From Vicinamibacterales bacterium (GTDB lineage Bacteria; Acidobacteriota; Vicinamibacteria; Vicinamibacterales; UBA8438): a DNA stretch of 64,000 nt. The DNA lies in assembly GCA_965262555.1 (NCBI GenBank), contig OZ253543.1, positions 4,129,010 through 4,193,009 of the forward strand. Reading direction: 5' to 3'. This document shows, in pieces, positions 18,907 through 26,344 of the stretch. The position numbers and the translations under genes are program-made. A model generated the notes under the pieces. It saw only the letters and a program-made list of their open reading frames with translations, was not told the DNA's origin and did not search any database. Within the stretch, counting starts at the first letter, position 1, and each line of letters begins with the position of its first letter.

Positions 18907-20163
18907 ATGGAACTCCCGACACGACCCCGGACCGCCAAGCCGAACGGCCGGCAGCCCCACCACGCGCTCTCGACCGCCTTCGTCCGAAACGTAGCACAGG
19001 CCGGACGCTACTGTGATGGCGATGGCTTGTACCTCGACGTGCAGCCGTCCGGGACGCGCAGCTGGGTACAGCGGCTCGTCATCCGCGGCCGCCGCCGCGA
19101 ACTCGGACTCGGCGGCTTCCCGCTCGTCCCGCTCAAGGACGCCCGCGCCCAGGCCCTCGCCAACCGCAGGCTCGCCCGCGCCGGAGGCGATCCGCTCGCC
19201 GAGAAGCGCCGACTCAAGAGCATGCCCACCTTTGCCGCCGCCGCCGAGGCCGTCCTGGCGCAGATGCGGCCCGGCTGGCGCAATCCCAAGCACGGCAAGG
19301 ACTGGCTGTCGAGCATGGCCCGCTTCGCCTTCCCGCGGCTCGGCAAGCTGCCCGTCTCCGAGGTGACGAGCGCCGACGTGGTCGAGGCGCTGCGGGCCGT
19401 CTGGCACGAGCGGCCGGCGACGGCGCGGCGGGTCCGTCAGCGCATCAGCACCGTCATGGAGTGGGCCGTGGCGCTGAACTACCGCGACGACAACCCGTGC
19501 AGCCGCATTGGACCGGTCCTCGGACCGCAGCAGGATCTCGTCCAGCACATGCGGGCGCTGTCCCATCGCGCCGTGGCGGCGACGGTCGGCGCGGTGCGGT
19601 CGTCCGGTGCGGCTCCCGCGGTCAAGCTGGCGTTCGAGTTCCTCGTGCTGACCGCCGCGAGATCCGGCGAAGTACGTGGAGCACGGTGGGACGAGATCGA
19701 CATGGCGAACCACGTGTGGACCGTCCCGGCCACGCGGACCAAGGCGAAGCGGGAGCACCGTGTCCCGCTGTGCCGCCGCGCCGAACAGATCCTCGACGCG
19801 GCCCAAGCGATCAGCAACGGGAACACGCTCGTGTTCCCGAGCGGACGCGGCAAGCGTCTCAACGACATGGCGTTGTCGGGACTGCTCAAGACGCTGGAGA
19901 TCCCCGCGGTTCCGCACGGGTTCCGCTCCACCTTCCGGGACTGGGCCGCCGAGGAGACGAACCACCCACGCGAGGTGGTCGAGGCGGCGCTGGCCCACGT
20001 CGTCCAGAACAAGGTCGAGGCCGCCTATGCGAGATCGGACCTGTTCGAGCGGCGGAGGCGGCTCATGAACGATTGGGCCGCGTACGTTGCCGACACACAT
20101 CGTCCGCATCCTCCGATCGCGGAACCGGCGGAACACGAGGTCGTCGGAAGCGCAGCACTGTGA
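18907..20163 (+). CDS. int: tyrosine integrase, P4-type, copy 2
   Basis: Paralogue of 15199..16434 (GDGLYLDVQPSGTRSWVQRLVIRGRRRELGLG ... HGFRSTFRDWAAEE ... AYARSDL). Confidence 0.9.
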   Translation: MELPTRPRTAKPNGRQPHHALSTAFVRNVAQAGRYCDGDGLYLDVQPSGTRSWVQRLVIRGRRRELGLGGFPLVPLKDARAQALANRRLARAGGDPLAEKRRLKSMPTFAAAAEAVLAQMRPGWRNPKHGKDWLSSMARFAFPRLGKLPVSEVTSADVVEALRAVWHERPATARRVRQRISTVMEWAVALNYRDDNPCSRIGPVLGPQQDLVQHMRALSHRAVAATVGAVRSSGAAPAVKLAFEFLVLTAARSGEVRGARWDEIDMANHVWTVPATRTKAKREHRVPLCRRAEQILDAAQAISNGNTLVFPSGRGKRLNDMALSGLLKTLEIPAVPHGFRSTFRDWAAEETNHPREVVEAALAHVVQNKVEAAYARSDLFERRRRLMNDWAAYVADTHRPHPPIAEPAEHEVVGSAAL

Positions 20164-20384
20164 CCACGACCTGACCTGCCTTCCCCGGTCGATCACATCG
20201 TCCCCGCGGACCGGTCAGGCGCGAACGATGGGAGCACCGACGTACATCAGGCACGGGACACGGATCGAGCGCGGAACGACATCGAGGGAGCGCGACGGGA
20301 CAAGAGAAGATCCGGGCGGTGAAAGCGAGGCTGTCGGGAGCACGATCAGAGGACACGAAGGGCTGGCCATGACACGCTTGTCTG

Positions 20385-20417
20385 TCATAGCCAGCATACC
20401 CCTTGTGTACACAAGGG
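20385..20417. promoter_or_regulatory. conserved motif TCATAGCCAGCATAC plus an 18-bp perfect palindrome CCCTTGTGTACACAAGGG
   Basis: The palindrome verifies by reverse complement. The same 15-mer plus palindrome recurs inverted at 31448..31480. Confidence 0.6.
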
Positions 20418-20741
20418 CTGGCGAGGGTGAGTTGCCTCCCCCATCGAACCCCCACTGCCGCGCGCCTGAGTTCGGCTCGCGGGAGAGCGGGCGGCGTTGC
20501 CCCGCTCCTTCCTGGCGGTGCACTGACGGCTGATTCGCCGCACCGCGGTTACCGCCCGCCGCGTGTCGTCGGCGACGCTCGCCGGCCGGCCGGCGTTGCC
20601 TGTGCGCGGCCGTGGTCTCGCCGTAGACGTCGCTTCCGGCCGCGGTGGCGCGGTCGTTCCGGTGGCCGGCGCGCCCACCGTCTTGCCGCTGCTATCATTG
20701 CTCCGCACAAAGTTGTCGCCAGCCAGCGACGCCCGCGCCTG

Positions 20742-21092
20742 ATGCTTCCGACGATAGACCAACCCGTGACCGAAGGCGGCCTTACGAAGGCGGCGCTCGT
20801 CGAGGAGGTGGCCCGCGTCGCCGGCCTAACGAAGAAGCGCGCCGAAATCATCGTCGACACCGTGTTCGGCAACATTGCGGAGGCGCTGCACCAAGGCGAG
20901 AGGGTCGAACTCCGCGGCTTCGGCAGTTTCCGTCTCCGGCGCCGCGAGCCGCGCCGCGCCCGCAACCCCAGGACCGGCGACCGAGTGGACGTGCCGCCCA
21001 AGCGCGTCGCCTACTTCAAGCCCGGCAAGGCGCTGAAGGAGTTGATCAACCGGGAGCCGGCACAGGCCGCGCCGCCGCCGTTGTCCGAGTAG
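20742..21092 (+). CDS. HU/IHF-family DNA-bending protein (IHF-beta-like)
   Basis: Only the last 116 aa of ORF 20403..21092 look real: LTKAALVEEVARVAGLTKKRAEIIVDTVFGNIAEAL..GERVELRGFGSFRLRRREPRRARNPRTGDRVDVPPKRVAYFKPGKALK. Confidence 0.8.
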   Translation: MLPTIDQPVTEGGLTKAALVEEVARVAGLTKKRAEIIVDTVFGNIAEALHQGERVELRGFGSFRLRRREPRRARNPRTGDRVDVPPKRVAYFKPGKALKELINREPAQAAPPPLSE

Positions 21093-21317
21093 GTCGGCGT
21101 CGAACCGCAATCCCGTCCGCGGCGGTATGTCCGTCGGACGGTTCCAGCGCACGCCCGTGGATAGCCTCCGCGAGCGGCGTGTCAGGCGTTAGGCGCATTC
21201 CTCCGCTCCGCACCGGCCCTTGGCAGGGTGACACGCTGCTCGCTCCGGCTCCAGGCTGGTTATGGTCGGCCGTATCCGGCCAGCCATCGACCACTGGCCG
21301 GCCGTGAGGTTGACCCG

Positions 21318-21877
21318 TGACAGAGACGCCGGCGCTTGGCGCGACGTAGTACCAGGCGACGACCGCCCGGTAAAGAATGGGCGTGTGGCAGTGCACGAGC
21401 ACGGCCACGGGATCATCGACGGCGAACACTGCCGGCCAGTGCCACCCGCACCACGAGGACATGCCGCCGACGGTCAGCAATAACCCGCCGCCGCGCCGCG
21501 TCATAGCGCGGCTCGTCGGCGTGTCCGCTCGCGCCCGTGGGCGGGCGTCGGATCCTTCCAGCATGGATAATTTCGGACGGAGCGACCCCGCTTGGCGAGG
21601 GGGGACGGGTGGGACACGGCGTGGTACACGACGTGGTACACCCCCCACTCGTCGAGCCGCGCTAGCGGCGAAAAAAGGGGGGTCGCTCCCGTCCTCTCCC
21701 TCTCCGCTGGCGCGGTTCGGCAGCGACGGTCCAGGACGAAAAACCCGAACAAAGACAGCGCAAAAGCGACGGGTGGCGTGTGACACCCCCCACGCTGTTT
21801 TTGGTACACCCCCCCTCCTGTCCGTGTACCATTCTGCTCGACCCCCGCCGTGACCCCCATCGTGACCCCGGAACGGT
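21318..21877 (+). repeat. outer inverted repeat, left copy (about 560 bp)
   Basis: Aligns by eye with the reverse complement of 32004..32565. Roughly nine in ten positions are identical in the stretches I aligned. Confidence 0.8.
21578..21690 (+). repeat. three-way-junction element, long form, copy D (candidate ncRNA)
   Basis: GGAGCGACCCC...GGGGGGTCGCTCC closes a long hairpin (GCTTGGCGAGGGGGG...CCCCCCACTCGTCGAGC) and a short hairpin (CCGC-GCTA-GCGG), followed by an A6 tract. Confidence 0.65.
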
Positions 21878-22222
21878 CCATACGACGGGGCAAAATAGCG
21901 CGGGTCACATTAAGCCGCCTCGGGACTGACCAACCGGATCGTGCTCCATATTGAGTACCGGTCAATCGCGACTCGCCGATGCTCTTTGGTGGGCGCGCCC
22001 TCGGGAAGTTTCTGCAACAACTCAACACGATCCAGCAACACCGGATCCAGGGCGGCAGAACGGACATCGAGAGCAAGACTCGTGCACGGATCCAGGTTGG
22101 GAGGGCGGCGGCCACGGAGATCAACGGGAATCAGAAGGCGGCGAACGTGACGGAGATCAGGTGCGGGATGGGAGTCGAGGTCACGGAGCGGGACCACGAT
22201 GAAGACAGGGAACGGGACGAGG

Positions 22223-22575
22223 GTGTGATCTACCCTGTCGCTCGATCACGACAAGATAGAGGCCCGAACTTACACCAGAGATGCCGGACGGGAGGTGTAA
22301 GCAGACCCAGGGCCTCAACTTACACCCCGAGTCACACTTCAACTTACACCCCCGCACCCAATAAATCCTTTCATATCAACCAGATCCCAACACAACGTAC
22401 CACCCCCACGTACAGAGAATAGGTACAGGGGGGAGGTAGGGGAGCGACCCGGCGAAAACCTGGCGGTTTTCGGACCCGGCAGGCGTTCCTCCGTCACGCC
22501 TGCCGGGCCGGGTCGCTCCCCTCGAAATCGTCCCTCCGGGAAGGGAAGGGCTGCGGCTCGTGTGCGCCGTTGGCT
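22223..22575 (-). repeat. inner inverted repeat, left copy (about 350 bp; boundaries +/-30)
   Basis: Its reverse complement aligns with 30575..30923. The shared order is hairpin, junction element, AT-rich ATATGAAAGGA segment, GGTGTAAG iterons, GTGATC..GATCAC. Confidence 0.8.
22439..22521 (-). repeat. three-way-junction element, short form, copy B (candidate ncRNA)
   Basis: The reverse complement reads GGGGAGCGACCCGG CCCGGCAGGCG-TGACGGAGGAA-CGCCTGCCGGG T CGAAAACC-GCCA-GGTTTTCG CCGGGTCGCTCCCC. Confidence 0.7.
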
Positions 22576-22676
22576 CGCAAGCTGACCCATTCGGGCGGCG
22601 TCACGGTGCTGGCCGGCATGCTTCTTGCTTGCGTTAGTCCGTCAGGAGACCTCTACTCGCGGAGCTTGACCACTCG

Positions 22677-24293
22677 ATGCCAGCACAACTACACTTCTGG
22701 CCTGTGAACGGACCCACCTTCACAGAGACTGCCGCCGATGCACTGTCACCTACAGGTGTCACAGCAGCACATCCGAGACGACCGGTTGAGATCGTCAAGG
22801 GCAAGACTCCTGAACGACTAAGGACGCCCCTTGACGGGCGACGCCGCCGCGACCAGCAGGGGGTACTGTGGCCCGGAACCCAGGTGCTCCGGCCAGCGCT
22901 AGTACCCGTCAACTCCCCGAATTGCGGCGAGACGGCCGCACGCCAAGCCCTGTACGACCGATTCGCCGATCGAGTTGAAGTCGACCCAGAATTCACACGA
23001 CGGGTCGTCTCGTACCAGGGCAATCGCGAGGTCCCCGGACTTCGCTGGATGAAGTACAAGGAGGGCTTTTCGCGCACGCTCGTCAACTACCTCCTCGACG
23101 AGTACCAACCCGAACATGTGCTCGACCCCTTCGCGGGGATCGGCACGACGGTGCTCACAGCTGCCGGACGCGGTGTGGAAGCCACCGGGATCGAGATCAT
23201 GCCGGTCGGCGTCCTGGTCGGCACCGGGATCGCTGCGGCAGCCAACGGCACGTCAAGGACGGTCTTCAACAAGGCCATCAGCGCGATCCGCTCTCGGATC
23301 GCTTCGCAGCGACCAGCTGCCCCTGAACACGCCTTTCCGCACGTGGCGATCACCGCGTCGGCCTTCCCGGTTGAGGCGGAGCGCGACATCGGGAAGGCTC
23401 GTGAGTTCATCGCCGGAATGGAGGATCGTGCAACGCAGAGGCTGATCAACCTCGGCTGCATGTCTGTCCTCGAGGCTGCGAGCTACACCCGCAAGGACGG
23501 TCAGTACCTTCGCTGGGACACTCGCTCGGGCCGCAAGTTGCGAGCGCGGATGGACAAGGGACCGATTCCGTCCTTCTCGGACGCGCTCGAACAGCGTCTC
23601 TCGGAAATGGCGTACGACCTCGACCCTGTCAAGCAGATCTTCGGCGGCGGTCGCCCGAGCTTCCGGGCCGGTTCTTCGCTCGATCTCCTCAAGACGCTGC
23701 CTGACGCCGCTTTCGACATGGTCATCACCTCGCCGCCCTACGCCAACCGATACGACTACACGCGAACCTACGCGCTCGAATTGGCATGGCTGGGTCTCGA
23801 CCGCGACGCGTTCGGCAGGCTTCGACAGGGCCTACTCTCGGCAACGGTCGAAAACCGGAGCAAGGTCGAGTTGCTGCGCGCAGTGTATGGTGACCGGCCG
23901 GAGCCCCTCGAACACGCGCTCGCACTGTACCGGCGCCAAGCAGCCCTACACGAGGTGCTGCACATTCTCCGTGGCCACGTCGACGAGCTCGGCAACCGGC
24001 ACGTCATTCGACTCCTAGAGGGGTATTTCCTGGAAATGGCGGTCATCGTGGCTGAGCTCGGCCGCGTAGTGCGTCCTGGCGGGTCTGTGATCATGGTGAA
24101 CGACAACGTGCAGTATCACGGCGAGGAGGTTCCGGTCGACTTCATCCTGTCGGATTTCGCCGAGCAGTCTGGATTCGCCTGCACGGACATTTGGACTCTC
24201 GCAAGGGGCAAGGGCAACGCGAGCCAGCAAATGGGGCGATTCGGCCGGCGCGAGATCCGCAAGTGCGTCTACCGCTGGGAACGGATCGGATGA
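22677..24293 (+). CDS. N6-adenine/N4-cytosine DNA methyltransferase (motif I before motif IV, alpha-type order)
   Basis: LDPFAGIGTTVLTAA (FxGxG motif) comes about 200 aa before MVITSPPYANRYDY (SPPY motif). The first ~90 aa look like a dubious extension, so the true start may be later. Confidence 0.8.
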   Translation: MPAQLHFWPVNGPTFTETAADALSPTGVTAAHPRRPVEIVKGKTPERLRTPLDGRRRRDQQGVLWPGTQVLRPALVPVNSPNCGETAARQALYDRFADRVEVDPEFTRRVVSYQGNREVPGLRWMKYKEGFSRTLVNYLLDEYQPEHVLDPFAGIGTTVLTAAGRGVEATGIEIMPVGVLVGTGIAAAANGTSRTVFNKAISAIRSRIASQRPAAPEHAFPHVAITASAFPVEAERDIGKAREFIAGMEDRATQRLINLGCMSVLEAASYTRKDGQYLRWDTRSGRKLRARMDKGPIPSFSDALEQRLSEMAYDLDPVKQIFGGGRPSFRAGSSLDLLKTLPDAAFDMVITSPPYANRYDYTRTYALELAWLGLDRDAFGRLRQGLLSATVENRSKVELLRAVYGDRPEPLEHALALYRRQAALHEVLHILRGHVDELGNRHVIRLLEGYFLEMAVIVAELGRVVRPGGSVIMVNDNVQYHGEEVPVDFILSDFAEQSGFACTDIWTLARGKGNASQQMGRFGRREIRKCVYRWERIG

Positions 24294-25198
24294 CGTCCCA
24301 CGACGACCTGACACGCTCCAAACTTCTCGCGGAGCGAATACGACAGCGCACAGATGAGAAGGTCCGGCGGCTCGTCGACAGATTCAAGGGTCACCTCGAC
24401 TACGTGACGGCCAAGGAGTTGCTGATTAGCGAACCGGCGTGGGAGTACGTCACCTCGTCAGGCCTCGAGCCGCGTAGAGTGTTCGCACATCCCGAGCTCC
24501 TTCAGGAGCATCCCGAAGTCTCGTTCTACTATCGGGGAATCGCTCTCTTGTCGCTGAAACGGGTGCGCGCTGCGGCAGGGGTCGATGTCAAGGGATGGGA
24601 GACCAAGGACCGCGTCCGGCCCGTGTCTCAGCAGGACGCGCTTCAGGTCTGTCGCGTCTACAACAGCGTGATTTCCTCGATCATCGAGGGCACGACCGAA
24701 TGGAGCTTGGGAAACGGGTATCGGAACATCCTGAACACCATGGGAATAACCTTGGACGGGATGTTCCGAAACGTCATCGGCCAAGACGCCGAGCGGCTAA
24801 TCAAGACGAAAATCGCCGACTGGTTGGACGAGCAGGGATTGATCCTCGAGCGGAAGAGCGCGAGCAGGTTCCGCCTCCCGGAGGACGTGACGATGGTGTA
24901 CGGGAGCGAACCGGACATCCGCTTCAGCCAGAACGAAGATGTCGTCGCCACGATTGAGATCAAAGGCGGGAAGGACCCCGCCGGCGCGCTCGAACGACTT
25001 GGGGCGATGCAGAAGAGCTTCGCCGAAACACCGCCCCGCTGTCAGAACTTCTTGATCGCAGGGGTGGTCACGACGGAAATGGAGTCGCGACTCGCCCAGC
25101 ACAACGTCAAGGTCTTCATTCTTGACGACCTGCTGAACGACGACGACTGGAACGCGTTCACGACCGAGCTGTTCCACCACGCCCTGAGAATTGCGTAA
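24290..25198 (+). CDS. putative type II restriction endonuclease (PD-(D/E)xK-like)
   Basis: Trimmed to the ATG at 24290, which overlaps the methyltransferase stop as ATGA. The candidate catalytic signature is SEPDIRF...VATIEIKGGKD. No other recognisable domain is present. The assignment rests on context plus this motif. Confidence 0.5.
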   Translation: MTSHDDLTRSKLLAERIRQRTDEKVRRLVDRFKGHLDYVTAKELLISEPAWEYVTSSGLEPRRVFAHPELLQEHPEVSFYYRGIALLSLKRVRAAAGVDVKGWETKDRVRPVSQQDALQVCRVYNSVISSIIEGTTEWSLGNGYRNILNTMGITLDGMFRNVIGQDAERLIKTKIADWLDEQGLILERKSASRFRLPEDVTMVYGSEPDIRFSQNEDVVATIEIKGGKDPAGALERLGAMQKSFAETPPRCQNFLIAGVVTTEMESRLAQHNVKVFILDDLLNDDDWNAFTTELFHHALRIA

Positions 25199-25384
25199 CG
25201 GGACGTCCGCCGTGTGCTTTCGTGTGCCCCCGACATCCCGTTACACAGACGAAGAGAGGGCAGTTCTCCCTGCCTTCCCATGTCACATGCCCAGTGCGAG
25301 GCCCATTAGCAGGCTCGCGGGTGCGCGGTCAGGAGGCCGGGGGAACTGCCTTGGAACTCGTTGGATCTCCAAGTGGGCGCGGAT

Positions 25385-26116
25385 TCAGGGTCTCGGTCCG
25401 ACGATGTGAATCGTCTGGCCGTTACGCATCGTCGTGATGGTTCCCCAGTCTTCCGCAGTCAAGTCAGCCATGACCGCTTTCGCTCGTTCTTCGTCCTTGA
25501 GATGCGCCCAGAACCAGCCGGACGTCGCGAGCATGGAGATCGTGGCCAGGAGCATTGCTGTCCAGAACCAGTCGCCCGGATAGACAGGCCATCCAGCCTC
25601 GTCGACGGGATTGCCCAACACTTGGCCCTTCCCGCCGTGTACGAAGTCGTTGAGTACCGGTGCGAGGTTCGCCCACCGCTGGCTGAGGTCCGGCCACCCG
25701 GTGCGAGCTGCCAAGTCCTTGAGGGTGCGACGGTTCACTCTGATTCTCTGCGCCACGAGCTTCTGCCACCCATCATCGTCGCCCACGTAGGCGGTGAGCA
25801 GCACCTGCTTCATCAGCGCCTCCAGTGTCGGACGGGCGAGCGCGAAACCGGAGGCGTATCGGTTGGAGTGAAAGGCGTAAGCCATGGTCACTGCATGATT
25901 CACAATGATCGCGGTGTACGAACCCGCGTACTTCTCGCGCGCTGACACGCTCTGCCCGCGGGTCAGGAGACCATGTGGAGCATGCCGTGCAAGCCTGTTG
26001 TAGCGGTCCAGGACGGCCTGCTTCACGATGTGGAACTCCTTATGATCCGTCGGCCGGTCCGCTGTATTGATCTCGTACATGTGCAGATGGTCGCGCTTGG
26101 GCGGGCCGTGGGGCAA
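25385..26116 (-). CDS. hypothetical helical protein, possibly DUF5677/AbiV-like
   Basis: 243-aa ORF in lower-GC cargo DNA with its own upstream region after a terminator. The weak resemblance (ALARPTLEALMKQVLLTAYV ... LNDFVHGG) to AbiV-type proteins is from memory only. Confidence 0.5.
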   Translation of the reverse strand: MPHGPPKRDHLHMYEINTADRPTDHKEFHIVKQAVLDRYNRLARHAPHGLLTRGQSVSAREKYAGSYTAIIVNHAVTMAYAFHSNRYASGFALARPTLEALMKQVLLTAYVGDDDGWQKLVAQRIRVNRRTLKDLAARTGWPDLSQRWANLAPVLNDFVHGGKGQVLGNPVDEAGWPVYPGDWFWTAMLLATISMLATSGWFWAHLKDEERAKAVMADLTAEDWGTITTMRNGQTIHIVGPRP

Positions 26117-26300
26117 CGTTCATCTCAGGGACGGCCAGACGGTGCGCGTGCCCGTACGTGCATCATAGCTCTTGCCACGAGCAGGTTCCAAGCGCGGGCA
26201 CCACCGGGAGGTCAGTGCTTCGGTCGGGAGTCTCGGTGCGTCCGACGTCGCTGCGTTTGGTTCGCGGCAGTCCGTTACGGAACGAGGGGTACGGCGGGGG

Positions 26301-26336
26301 GAACAAACAACTAACGTCGGCACAAAACGTTAGTTG
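26301..26336 (-). terminator. intrinsic terminator after the 1391-aa gene
   Basis: On the minus strand: CAACTAACGT-tttgtgcc-ACGTTAGTTG followed by TTTGTTC, starting 9 nt after the stop codon. Confidence 0.65.
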
Positions 26337-26344
26337 TCAATAAG

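Noticed and set aside
20403-21092. The full 229-aa ORF taken as one protein
   Set aside because: Only the last 116 aa are HU/IHF-like. The first 113 aa are Arg/Pro-rich read-through of the intergenic region that contains the palindrome motif.
21262-21483. 73-aa ORF containing HEHGHGIIDGE, considered as a metal-binding protein
   Set aside because: Comparison with the inverted copy shows almost exclusively non-synonymous differences. The second copy also has a different C-terminus and an N-terminal indel.
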